The position numbers and the translations under genes were made by a program. A stretch of 63,340 nucleotides of DNA, counting the filler, from Saprolegnia diclina VS20 (lineage: Eukaryota): assembly GCF_000281045.1 (NCBI RefSeq). It is 5 parts of 2 records of this genome, joined end to end, with 100 filler letters (N's around TTAATTAATTAA, not from the genome) between each part and the next. Parts side by side here need not be neighbours in the genome. Positions count along the whole stretch, not along the records: positions 1 to 16,785 come from NW_008246200.1; positions 16,886 to 30,441 come from NW_008246200.1; 3 more parts are not named here. The stretch is one strand, 5' to 3'. Within the stretch, counting starts at the first letter, position 1, and every line of letters starts with the position of its first letter. Under the pieces are notes generated by a model, which saw only the letters and a program-made list of their open reading frames with translations, had not been told where the DNA came from and did no database searches. Below, in pieces: positions 12,258 through 23,369 of this stretch.

Positions 12258-13030
12258 GGCTGTAAAAGTGAAAGTGAGCTACGTAGTGAGCTATACGCTG
12301 TCTTCGCAGGCAAACGTCTTCCAATGAAGGCGACAACACGACATATGTTGTACCTTGCACAATGTTGTAAAGCCTGTTGCTCTCGTTCGCGTATCGCAAA
12401 TGAAAAGAACTGCTGGCCAAGAGAAATGGTGCCACCATCATGCAAAGTCAAGGCCACTTGCGCAATGACCGAGGGTGGGATACTAGTACGTGCTACATAC
12501 AACCAACAGCCACGAGCCCCATACCAAGTACTAGAACAGACTCAACGCGACGGGGCTTTGCGCGCTGCAAAGGACAAATCACCCAATTACGTTGCACAAT
12601 CATGTGCGGTACGCTCCAACTTCCGATCATCGATCATCACAAAGGGCCAACAATTGGTGACACCGATTGTTGGTCCTTACGGCGCATAAATACAATGCAT
12701 TGTATAATTTAATGCAGCGTATACCTTACCCCGGTACGCTTCCTTCTTTTCTTCCTTTTCTTCGAATGAACACCATTTTGCGGGTAGTCGTCACTCACTC
12801 CCTGCGTTTCAACAAAGCTATCGAGTCGTTGCAGCTGTGGTCCCAGCGAGCAATAAATAGGCGGCTCGTGCTGCCAGGATGGAATTCCTGACATTGAAAA
12901 AACATTAAAAACAAAAATAAAAGCTAAAATGTTATCAAGCGGTTCTCAGTGTGTAGTTTTGCATTAAAGTAGCTCAAGTGTACGTCCCACAAACGAATTT
13001 AGCGTCAATATGTAGGTGCATTCCTATTAG

Positions 13031-13187
13031 GTGGCACCTCCGGGCGCAGCGAGGACGTTGAGTTTTGCCGCCCAGATCGACGTGATGAGTCGGCAGTAGG
13101 CAACATCGTCAACTTGCATTTAGCCTAGTCGCTTCTAAGCTAGTGGTCAATCGAGTCATCTATTCCCCCACTCGAGCGTCGTACACT
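13031..13187 (+). repeat. Diverged non-coding dispersed repeat, copy 2
   Basis: Collinear similarity to 10087-10270, with a ~20-nt indel. Confidence 0.75.
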
Positions 13188-13449
13188 TATACAAGTTCGC
13201 AGCCAGTGCCATCAGGAGACGGCAAGTGGGAAGAGTAGGAAGAATCTTAGTTGGACTTCAGTGCAGATGGAGAAGGACCGACGCCATGCGCCTCGTCACA
13301 CGACGTGTCCCATGGGACGAGGCTGACGTCCACATGTGTTGTATGCGATTGCAGACGCCGAGCCCACAACGTTGTGGAAGGTTCTTTGTTCTCTATACCG
13401 AGCGTGTCGTGTGCGTCCGACTTGAATCATTTCTGGTTTCGCGGTCGTC

Positions 13450-15469
13450 ATGCGCTTCAGCTCTAACGCCAACGTCGGCGCGACGTATCACGGCTACGGA
13501 CGTCGTGACGAGATCGGTGTCATGATCGAGATGACGCCGAGCGAGCCGTCGACGACCTTTCTGGCGCCGCGGGACTCGGAGAGCGACGATGGTAACGACG
13601 ACGTGGCCAAGCCGTTTCCGCCAAGCCAACGAGGCTACGAGAACGACCTTGATACCGGTCGTCCGACGTTTCGTCACACGACGTCGCTCCAACAAGAAGC
13701 CGCCAAGGACCTAAAGCTCCGCGAGCTTGAGGCGTTTGCCGCCAAACTCGACGGCTGCAAGGACTATATCGCCTTGGTATGTTAACATCCGAGGCGTCAC
13801 ATATTGTCACTCAGTACCAAATCTTTAGATTGCCGGTGCGTTCCGGGGCAAAGTGCGCAACTCGATGCTGTTTTCGCTGCTGCACAACGACGCGACCGCC
13901 GGCATGGACGAGTGGGACCGTGATGTGATCCAAAACGAGAAGAAGAAGCTGTTGCAACACCCCGTGATGCGCCTCATCGTAATCCTCAAGTGGCGGGTAT
14001 GTCACGCTGACTGCTTGCAATGAATGTGCTCACACGATGACACTGTGCAGGCGTTTGGTGTTCGCATGTTTAGCGAGCAGCTCCTCATGCACTTACTGCT
14101 GCTTTTGACGCTCACAGTGTCGCTCACTATCTCGCTCGGGACTATCCAAGGGGATCCAAAAGACGATCCAGATGGCGACAAAGAATTCAAGAAAATTGCT
14201 GGCTCTTGGCTCTGCGGCACCGCGCTTCTGCTCTTGTCGCTGCTCGCGACGCGCTTCTTGACGTGGCAAAACAAACAGGCGTGTGCGTGGGCAACACTCG
14301 TGCTTGGCGGCTGTGCGATCACCGCCATCTTCCTCAACCTTGACCACCTTGTCGAGCTCTGCTACTCGGACGCGTTTGTCAACCTCAACAACGGACTTGT
14401 CAGTCTCTGCGCTGTCTACTTTTGTATCTTTGAGCTCCGCGAGCTCGCCGCCGACTATCCCGACTACGCTGTCTTTCTTAGCGGCGACTCGCTCATGTAT
14501 TGGCGCCTCGTCCATGTCCCAACCCACTTTATCACGTCAATCTACAAGCTCGTCTGCACCAAGACGCCGTCGCCGTACCTCGAGTCGTACTGGAACCGGA
14601 TCCAGCTCCCGCTCTTTTTGCTTGTCCTTGTCTACGCGCTCTGCGAACTCTGGACGTATTTCCCGTTCGAGATGTGCGTCTACCTCGGCATCCCGATGCA
14701 CTTCGTGCTCTGCCTCATGTGCGTCCAGTATCTGGAAGCCTTCCGCGATGTCGGGTACCTCCTCCCGATGATGCGGCGCATGCTCACCGACGTCTTCCGC
14801 TACTTGGCCTTTTACCTCCCGATCCAGTGCGGCTACGCCTGCGCCTACTACCTCCTCTTCAAGAGCCAAGGCGAGAACCTCAAGCCGTACAAGCCGGATG
14901 AGGATTTTGCAGACAACTTTAACTCTTCGCTGAGCAAGATCTTCCCGGGCGCCAACACCACAGACGAGACCCTGGTGATGAACCTCCTCGAGATCCTCAA
15001 GACCAAGGACTCGAACGACATCTTCCAAGGCTACGAAACCGTGCCCAAGAGCTTCCTCACCACGTACCTCGTCACCTTTGCTCAAATCAACATGGAGCCG
15101 TTCAACCAGCTCGCGTCGCCAGCCGCCTATGTACTCGGCTACCTTCTCTTGGTCACGCACGCAACCATCGTGATCGTCATGCTCCTCAACGTCCTTATCG
15201 CGATGATGGACAAGACGATGGGCGCCCACATGGACGAAGCCAAGCTCGAGGCGTGCGTCACGTTCGCCGAGTGCGTCTTGCGCTTGGAGAAGACGACGAC
15301 GTCCGCGATCTCCGACGAGTACTGGGGCAACCTCAACATGGACAAGGTTGAGAACCTCTACGAAGAGATTGTGCGCGCCGACGCCAACGAAAAACGAGAC
15401 GACGACGCGGTGCTGGACGCGCTCGCGTTGCTGGGCGCCAACGTCGACGACCTCGAGAAGCGCGCGTAA
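13450..15469 (+). CDS. TRP-like cation channel, paralogue C (exons 13450-13776, 13829-13996, 14051-15469)
   Basis: LLQHPVMRLIVILKW, YLESYWNRIQLP, TFAQIN, VMLLNVLIAMM. Same two intron positions as A. Confidence 0.8.
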
Positions 15470-15627
15470 CTGTACCGTAATGAAAAAAAAAAGTCTGCGT
15501 ATACATCGTGGGATCCTGGGCAATCATAGGCTTGGCTCTTGAAGAGGAGCCACATGTAGTACGCACATGTGTACGCGCACTGGGTCTTTTACTGCCGCGC
15601 TCGCTGAAGATGACAGCTTCAGCGGCT

Positions 15628-15746
15628 GAGCCGCGGCTCGAAGCGAAAAGTCGTCGGCTCAGGCTCCATTTTTCGAGCCGGCTCTGAGCCGGCTTCAAGC
15701 TGAGCTGCGCCGAGTGGAGTCAGCTACGCCGTTCGAGCCGCGGCTC
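15628..15746. repeat. 15-bp inverted repeat enclosing GAGCCG/CGGCTC-rich sequence
   Basis: gagccgcggctcgaa at 15628 and its reverse complement ttcgagccgcggctc at 15732-15746. Confidence 0.65.
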
Positions 15747-16785
15747 CGTATCAGTTGGTACTAAACCTCGAGAAGCGCTCGTAACTGCAATGAATAGTAA
15801 CAACTTTATGAGCATTTTTATCATTTGTGTATCGCAGTTGTTGTTGGGATCCTACTGCTGTTGTTTGTGCCCGCACATGACTGCATAAAATACCGCATCG
15901 TGGTGACCAGACAGCTCGGCGAGCGAATGCCAGCAGAGTGACGTCACTCATCGTCCGAGTTGAGATCATCGTAAGGTCGTTGAGCGTCAAGCTGGTTCCA
16001 GTGGGCGTGTTGGACGATCGTCACTTTGCCGTATCTTTATCCGGATCCGGATCCAATTTTTTCTGCCATCTTGCACTATCTCAACGAGCGCGTGCAAACA
16101 ACAAGTCCAGTTCAGGTACCTGTCCCGACATTGAACTCGGTGCAAATGATAGCACTTGCACTGCAGCGCAATGTGGCAGTTGCCCACAAGATTCATTTTT
16201 GCTCCCGCCCACGCCTTGGACATGCCGCACGCTGACGCCTCGCACGCATTCGACTTGGAATGCGGTGCTCCAACGCTCACAATGACAAAGGCCAAACACA
16301 TTGAGGCCTTGCACAATAGAGCACTCTCCTTCTTCCTCGTCCGTTCGCCGGGCCATAGCGGCGCAAACCGCCATGACGAGAGTATCCGGATAAGCACAGT
16401 AGATAACCACAACATACTTTGGATGACTACTCGGCGAGTGCATGGTGTTGGACGCGTACAATCCTGTGCAACCCGCGGTGGCGCGCGTCGATGGCCACGA
16501 GAGGCTTGGATGATCGACCTGTGTTCCAAGCTTCCATTTTTATGTAAATCGATGATAGCACGGGTGGTAGGTAGTACTATTGCAGCAGAAAAGCGGCGGG
16601 CCCAACAAGCCGAGTTCATTCCTCTGCGACCTCCCGTCGCCTCGAATATCTACCAATGGGTGAGCTTGAATTACTTACCAGCCAATCTGAAAGCTCCAGT
16701 TTGGAGAATCCAGCCATGCGCGATCTGGATTGGTCGAAACAAACGAGATATCTGTCCAGTACACACCGCAGCAACTTTTACAACG

Positions 16786-16885
16786 NNNNNNNNNNNNNNN
16801 NNNNNNNNNNNNNNNNNNNNNNNNNNNNNTTAATTAATTAANNNNNNNNNNNNNNNNNNNNNNNNNNNNNNNNNNNNNNNNNNNN
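16786..16885. other. Artificial contig spacer (44 N + TTAATTAATTAA + 44 N)
   Basis: Exactly 100 nt; the 12-mer gives stops in all six frames. Identical spacers occur three more times. Confidence 0.95.
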
Positions 16886-17797
16886 ATCCTGCTCTGTGTG
16901 GTCGCGACCGCCGCGTCAGCCGCCACCGCCTGCGTCAAGGTCAGCGTCAAAGGCGACGCCACGTACTGCATCACCGGCCCTGTCTGCAGTGGCGCACTCT
17001 CGAGTGGCGCGTGTCCGACGGCCGGTGCGACGCCGCAGACCGACTGTGTGCCAGGCATCTTTAGCTGGAACGCCGCCACGAGCTCGTGTGCGCTGCCGCG
17101 GTCGGCTGTGTGCGGCAACATCAACCCGCCGGGCGGTCCGACCGTGTACGGCTGCATCTTGCCCACCACGTCGCTGCGCAAGAGTCTCGCTCTTGAGAGC
17201 GACCGCGTCGACGAGTCGTTGCTGCAGGTCGCGCCATTGACCAAGCCGACCGCCTGCACCGCCGTGAGCGTCCAAGGCGACGCCACGTACTGCATAGTTG
17301 GTCATGTCTGCGGCGGCAAGACGGCGGACGGCGCGTGTCCTCGATCCGGCGCCAAAGCGTCGGGCAACTGCGTGCCTGGGATTCCGAGCTACCGCTCGTC
17401 GGGCAAGTGCACATTGACGCGCTCGACCCAATGCATGCTCGTGGATGCGAAAACGCAGACGTACGGCTGCGCGTTGCCGCAGTGGCCGTTGGAAGGCGGT
17501 GCGTCGGGGCCAGTGGGGAGCGGTGCGCCGAGCTCGTCGTCGTCGTCATCCGGGGCGGCGACAGCGAGTGTCCAGAGCGCCGAAGCGACATCACGTGACA
17601 CATCGGGCGTGATGCTGAGCAGCGCCGCGATCATGGCGGTGGCCGGCGTCGCGCTCGTGGCGGCCATCGCGGCGGCCGTCGTCGCCGTCAAGTCGACCCG
17701 GACGCAGTCTCTGCACATGGCGACGGCCAGTGTGGTCGAAATCATTGCGCCAGTGCTCGTCGACGACGAGGTTAACGACGATGTCGGCGAGTGTTAA
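16886..17797 (+). CDS. Membrane-anchored surface protein with two Cys-rich 'VSVxGDATYC' repeats (5' partial)
   Basis: Signal-peptide tail ILLCVVATAASA next to the gap. Two repeats C..VSV.GDATYCI.G.VC.G....GACP..GA.....CVPGI.S, a Ser-rich linker and a C-terminal TM helix. Confidence 0.75.
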   Translation: MLLCVVATAASAATACVKVSVKGDATYCITGPVCSGALSSGACPTAGATPQTDCVPGIFSWNAATSSCALPRSAVCGNINPPGGPTVYGCILPTTSLRKSLALESDRVDESLLQVAPLTKPTACTAVSVQGDATYCIVGHVCGGKTADGACPRSGAKASGNCVPGIPSYRSSGKCTLTRSTQCMLVDAKTQTYGCALPQWPLEGGASGPVGSGAPSSSSSSSGAATASVQSAEATSRDTSGVMLSSAAIMAVAGVALVAAIAAAVVAVKSTRTQSLHMATASVVEIIAPVLVDDEVNDDVGEC

Positions 17798-18804
17798 GCA
17801 AACACTGTAGTACAAACGATGCATATCTAGCCCCTTTGTATGGAATAAGAGCTGACTAAGCTTACTTGTTTTTCAACCTTATTTACCGACTGGCTCTGGC
17901 TGTACACTGCAAGCTGCTCGTCGCCACGTTCAACATGAACGACAATCGGTAATTCTTGTCATACGACTAGTACTCAGCGAGCGTGTTGCTTGACTGGCAT
18001 ACCAACAAGTAAGGATGCGTTCTGCGCTACCGGTGACCATATCTTGGTCATGCGCCGTGCGCTCCGACATTCAACCAAAAGCTCTTTCAGGTTTCTACTA
18101 GTGGGATGCGGCGCCGTGCTTTTGAAGAAACCACAGCCAACGCGCAAGAACTAACGGCCGCGCATGGAAAGGGCGTTCTTTCGACTCAGTTTGGTGGTGT
18201 ATTTCCATAGTGTATTTCGCGAGCCAACTTGACACGGACCAGCTTGCTTGAACGAGCCTGTTTCATTGAGCTTGGTCCTGCAACCGCACGATGATGCAAC
18301 CCGTGCTCTGCACTGACGTGGTCGTCCAGACATGCCTCCCATCGAGATTGCCGTTGGCGCTTGGCGACCGACATTGTGGCGGATCGTAATCACAGGAATG
18401 AATCTCGTCGTGCCACGTCACTGCGCACGGTTGCCACGTCGGACGTAACGGTACGGAGCCATCAACGGCAAAAGCATCTGCTCACCCACCTCGCTGCATG
18501 GAACAAGCGACAAGAGGGGCTTCGATGGACTTCCTTCATCTCCTCGCACATCGCTCGCCATGGAGCGTCGTCGACGATTCCTGACGTCCATGGACGTACC
18601 GTAGTTGCCACGGAAGTGTAGTACATCTCGGAGCGAGCGATCGACTGATGAAGGCAACGGTCGCGTCGCCGTCGTCGTCGGTCACAGTCGCGGTGGGAGA
18701 AGGTGTCGACGGGTACGCTCTCCCTTCCGCCCTTGTCGCAGGCCGCTTCGTAGTATAAAAATCTCTCGACATTTGTATCAAAACCGGGCCTGCACGATTT
18801 CCTC

Positions 18805-19085
18805 AATGATGATTGGTCAAAACAAACCAGATTGCAGCGCTTTCATTGGCTGGCGCTACGTCGTCATGGCCCTTTGTCAACACGCGTGTGACATCACCGG
18901 CCGCCGCGGTGGCGTCCTTTTCATCGTCCAATCAGAACGCGCGACCGTTGTGTGCGCCAATCAAAAGCGGCGAAAAGCGGCATCACGATCGAAATTTGCC
19001 ACCTCAGCGATCTTCCAGCGAGTATAAAACCGGGTGGCCAACGACGCCTTGCGCTAAGAACGTAGTCTCATTTCCCAATCCTCCG
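18805..19085 (+). promoter_or_regulatory. Probable desaturase promoter: CCAAT boxes, TATA-like element and Inr-like element
   Basis: ATTGG/CCAAT at ~18812, 18845, 18928 and 18957; tataaaa at ~19024; tctcattt (oomycete Inr-like TCATTY) at ~19066. Confidence 0.4.
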
Positions 19086-19098
19086 CATTCCCAACACG

Positions 19099-20022
19099 AT
19101 GGTCGCGTGGTCGGAGCACTACAAGAACGCCAACTGGCCCATGGTCATCTACCTCGGCTACTGCCATGCGCTCGCCGTCCTCGCGCTCCGCTACATTGGC
19201 TCGTGCTCGTGGCAGACGCTCCTCTTCACGTTTGTGCTGTCGCAGTTCTCGGGCCTTGGCATCACCGGCGGCGTCCACCGCCTCTGGGCGCACAAGAGCT
19301 ACAAGGCGCACGGTATTGTGCGCTTCTTCCTCATGCTCTGCAACTCGGTCGCGAACCAAGGCACGATCTACCACTGGAGCCGCGACCACCGCGTGCACCA
19401 CAAGTACTCGGAGACCGAGGCCGACCCGCACAACGCCAAGCGCGGTATGTTCTTTGCGCACATTGGCTGGCTCCTCGTCAAGAAGGACCCGAAGGTGATC
19501 GAGGCTGGCAACAAGATCAACTGCGACGATCTCCTTGAAGACTGGGTCGTCCGCCTCCAAAAGACGCTCAACCCGTGGGGCAACCTCTTCATGAGCTTCA
19601 TCTTCCCGATGCTTGTGTGCTCGTACTTTTTTGGCGAGCACTGGGCCAACGGGCTTCTTGTCGCTGGCTTCTTCCGCTATGTCTTTATCCTCCACTGCAC
19701 GTGGCTCGTCAACTCGGCGGCCCACTTTTACGGCGCGACGCCGTACGACCCCAAGATCCACCCGACCGAGAACGCCATCGTTGCCGTCCTCTCGATCGGC
19801 GAGGGCTGGCACAACTGGCACCACGTCTTCCCGTACGACTACGCCGCCAGCGAGTTTGGTGTCATGTCCCAGTACAACCCGACCAAGCTCTTCATCGACA
19901 CGTGCGCCAAGCTTGGCCTTGTCTCGGACCGCAAGCGCGCGCTCCATGCGTGGGAGACGAAGAAGGCCAAGATGACCGAGGCGGCCTCGCACGAGACCGT
20001 GCTCAAGGCCAAGTCGGCGTAG
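19099..20022 (+). CDS. Delta-9 acyl-CoA desaturase (SCD/OLE1 family, no fused cytochrome b5)
   Basis: His boxes HRLWAH, HRVHH and HNWHH; DPHNAKRG; WLVNSAAH; GEGWHN; FPYDY. Confidence 0.95.
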   Translation: MVAWSEHYKNANWPMVIYLGYCHALAVLALRYIGSCSWQTLLFTFVLSQFSGLGITGGVHRLWAHKSYKAHGIVRFFLMLCNSVANQGTIYHWSRDHRVHHKYSETEADPHNAKRGMFFAHIGWLLVKKDPKVIEAGNKINCDDLLEDWVVRLQKTLNPWGNLFMSFIFPMLVCSYFFGEHWANGLLVAGFFRYVFILHCTWLVNSAAHFYGATPYDPKIHPTENAIVAVLSIGEGWHNWHHVFPYDYAASEFGVMSQYNPTKLFIDTCAKLGLVSDRKRALHAWETKKAKMTEAASHETVLKAKSA

Positions 20023-21110
20023 GAGCGCAAACAGCCTCTCTTTTTTCTCTAACTTTAACCTGTGTCTTCCACGATGGGCGTGTCGACGTGTACGAAGATG
20101 CGGCCGACGAATGCAGGACGTATTCGCCGGTGGCCGAGGATCCTCGTGGCGTCCAGTCCGTGGACGGACTTCGGCGGATGTGCCTTTCTGCTATGATCAC
20201 CCAACGGACTCTGTCGCCACGCCAAGTTGGCTTCCATCTAGGGCACGGTAATGTGAGGATGGGCGCGATGATAGACGAACACAGGTGGTCGGCAGCTTGA
20301 TGCGTGGGTTGAGCGTAGCCCGAGCGTCCGTCCTGCACAGATACCTTGCTGGCTGGGACAACGAACGACGCGCTCCTAGTCGCCAAGCACGTAGCAGACG
20401 ACGATACCGTGACAACAGTGCCACGGTCGACGCCGCCATGCGACTGTGTGCCGAGACGGGTCGTCGTCAAGATGGCATTTGAACGAAGCTACTTGTCGAG
20501 TCGCCAGTCGAAAGGACGGCGGGCGAGATTTGAGCTACTGCGCTCTTTAGGAGAGCTCAGCTGGAGAGCGCAGCTGGAGAGCGCTGGGCAATGCCCTGTC
20601 GGTGGGCCGCCACGTCGCGCCAATAAGCGCAAAGTGGACCTGCGCTTGAAGTTCCACCTGCCATGTCACAGCGTTGGCCCGGTCACTTGGTCAATTTATG
20701 GCCGAGCTCCTCCATCGACAACGTCTGGAGGGAGCTCAGGTTGAACGCGTTTCTCTTAGTTTACCCTCTGGTTTACCCTCGCTACCGGTGGTTTACCCTG
20801 GCTGCCGGTATAACGTTGCCATGCGCCGCTGCGACGACCTGTGCGATGGACGCGCCGGCGCGTTGATGGTCGCCAGCTGTCGCGGCGCCACGTCACGTTG
20901 CCGGCAGTTTGCAAAACCACTTCGGGGCGGTTTCCGGCAAGGATCTGGTCGTAACCAATCACAGTGGTGAAAAGCAGCGTGCTTGCACATGATTGGTGAA
21001 TTATGAGGCTGCGGCAAGGCCATTGGGCGAACCGCCTCAGGAGGGCTCGGGGTGATTGCTCATGAGCATGAGGAAGGGACCGGCAGGTGGGCACTTCGCA
21101 ATCCTCCGCC

Positions 21111-23369
21111 ATGGCGCATCTCATCTCGCACGAAGACGTCGCGCGCATGCCGACGCCCGGCAGCAACGCGCCGACGCGCCTCGGCTTTAGCCCCAACGGC
21201 CGCCTCCTCACGTATCTCCACAGCTCCAACAACGAGCTCACGCAGCAGCTGTACGGCCTCGACATGGCCTCGCTCGCGGTGTCGCTGGTCGCGCGGCCGC
21301 CGGGCTCGGGCAACACGGAGAGCAATCTGTCGCTCGAAGAGAAGCTGCGCCGCGAGCGCCAGCGCCAGATGGGCACGGGCATCACGTCGTTCCTTTGGTG
21401 CCCGACGCCGCACTCGACGCGCATCGTGTACCCGCTGCAGGGCAACTTGTACCTCCAGGAGCGCCCGGGCGCCGAGCTAACCTTGCTTTTTGACAAGACG
21501 TCGACGGGCGCAAAGGGCGGCGCGATCGACCCGCAGTACTCGCCGGACGGCAAGTACATTGCGTTTGTTCAAGAGAGCGAGCTCTACGTGGTCGCGGCCG
21601 AGCCCAACGCTGACGGGTCGCTCCCGACTGCGATCCAGGTCACGACCGGTGCCCGCGAAAGCGGCAAGAGCAACGGCCTTGCGTGCTTTGTGACGCAAGA
21701 AGAGCTCTCGCGCTTCCACGGCTTTTGGTGGGCGCCCGACTCGGCCCACCTTGCGTTCGAGGAGATTGATGACACGCACATTCCGCAGTTCCGCATCATG
21801 CACTCGGGCAGCCCGGACGTTGGCGAGAGCGCGCAGGAAGACCACCGGTACCCGTTTGCGGGCGAGGCCAACCCGAAGCGCCGCCTCGGTGTGCTCCCGC
21901 TTCGCCTCGACTCACCGGACGTGTTCCAAGCGCCGATCTGGATGGACTTTCACGGCGACGACGACTTTTACATCTCGCGCGTCAACTGGCTCCTTGACGG
22001 CAGCCTCGGCGTCCAGACGCTCAACCGTCTCCAGACCGACGCGGCGTTTCTGCGTTTCCACCCGATGACCGGCGTCTCGAGTACGCTGCTCACCGAGCAC
22101 TCGGACGTGTGGCTCAACGCACACTACCTCTTCCGCAACCTCGAACACCGGGGCAACGGCGCGTTCACGTTTCTCTGGGCGTCCGAGCGCTCGGGGTTCA
22201 TGCACTTGTACTTGTACGAGTACGCCAACGGGTCGGCCAATGTCCTTGGCCAGCTCACGTTTGGCGAGGGCAACGTCGAAGCGATCGAAGGCATTGACCT
22301 CGAGCACGACCGGCTCTACTTTTCCGGCAACCTCGACGAGCCCACCGAGCGTCATTTGTATGTGACGTCATTGTCCAAGCCCATGACGCCGCCGACCAAA
22401 ATCACGACGATCGGCGGTGTGCATTCGGTCACGATGGACGGCAGCTGCACGACCTTGGTCGACGTGTACAGCAACCTGCTGACGCCGCCGACGGCCGTAG
22501 TCTACCGCGTCGTCAACGGCACCGAGCTCTCGCCACTCCACACGCTCCACACAACGTCGGACCCGCGCCTGACGCTGCTGTCGGACCGGATCCAAGCGCC
22601 GTCGCTCTTTAGCTTTCGGTCGCGCGACGAGACGACGACGCTCTATGGTGCGATCTACAAGCCCGACGCAAGCATTTACGGCCACGGTCCGTACCCGACC
22701 ATGGTCAACGTCTACGGCGGGCCGCATGTGATGCGCGTGCAGAACGCATGGACCGTGACGGTCGACATGCGAGCGCAGATGTTCCGTCAAATGGGCTACG
22801 CAGTCCTCAAGGTCGACAACCGCGGGACCTTCCGTCGCGGCGTTGCGTTTGAAGGCGCGATCAAGCATGCGATGGGCACGATTGAGATCTCAGACCAGGA
22901 AGACGGTGTGCACAAGTGCATTGCCGACGGCATCACGCTGCCGGGCCGCGTGGGTATGGTCGGCTGGAGCTACGGCGGCTACATGAGCGCGATCTCGCTC
23001 GTCAAGGCGCCCGAGACGTTCAAGCTTGCGATTGCCGGCGCACCCGTCACGTCGTGGGACGGCTACGACACGTGCTACACGGAGCGCTACATGTCGACGC
23101 CGCAGCTCAACCCGAACGGGTACGCGCGTGGTAATGTCATGAACTATGTGCAGCACATGCAGCCCCACCAGAAGCTGCTCTTGATCCACGGCCTCATTGA
23201 TGAAAACGTGCACTTTCGCCATACTGCGCGGCTCATTAACGCGCTCATCTCGGCGCGCAAGCACTACGATCTGCTGTTGTTCCCCAAGGAACGCCACTCG
23301 CCGCGCCATTTGGAAGACCGCATCTACATGGAGCAGCGCATCGCCGAGTACGTTGCGGCGCACTTGTAA
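21111..23369 (+). CDS. Dipeptidyl peptidase IV / DPP8-9-like serine peptidase (S9B), no signal peptide
   Basis: QEE motif, VYGGP, GWSYGG nucleophile, YDTCYTERYM, HGLIDENVHF, ERH. Confidence 0.93.
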   Translation: MAHLISHEDVARMPTPGSNAPTRLGFSPNGRLLTYLHSSNNELTQQLYGLDMASLAVSLVARPPGSGNTESNLSLEEKLRRERQRQMGTGITSFLWCPTPHSTRIVYPLQGNLYLQERPGAELTLLFDKTSTGAKGGAIDPQYSPDGKYIAFVQESELYVVAAEPNADGSLPTAIQVTTGARESGKSNGLACFVTQEELSRFHGFWWAPDSAHLAFEEIDDTHIPQFRIMHSGSPDVGESAQEDHRYPFAGEANPKRRLGVLPLRLDSPDVFQAPIWMDFHGDDDFYISRVNWLLDGSLGVQTLNRLQTDAAFLRFHPMTGVSSTLLTEHSDVWLNAHYLFRNLEHRGNGAFTFLWASERSGFMHLYLYEYANGSANVLGQLTFGEGNVEAIEGIDLEHDRLYFSGNLDEPTERHLYVTSLSKPMTPPTKITTIGGVHSVTMDGSCTTLVDVYSNLLTPPTAVVYRVVNGTELSPLHTLHTTSDPRLTLLSDRIQAPSLFSFRSRDETTTLYGAIYKPDASIYGHGPYPTMVNVYGGPHVMRVQNAWTVTVDMRAQMFRQMGYAVLKVDNRGTFRRGVAFEGAIKHAMGTIEISDQEDGVHKCIADGITLPGRVGMVGWSYGGYMSAISLVKAPETFKLAIAGAPVTSWDGYDTCYTERYMSTPQLNPNGYARGNVMNYVQHMQPHQKLLLIHGLIDENVHFRHTARLINALISARKHYDLLLFPKERHSPRHLEDRIYMEQRIAEYVAAHL

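Noticed and set aside
16830..16841. Repeated TTAATTAATTAA as a biological repeat or CRISPR-like array
   Set aside because: Always centred in exactly 100-nt N spacers; an assembly linker.
20755..20802. Three copies of gtttaccct, and similarly tttgcact repeats at ~9857-9889
   Set aside because: Short low-complexity repeats with no supportable function.
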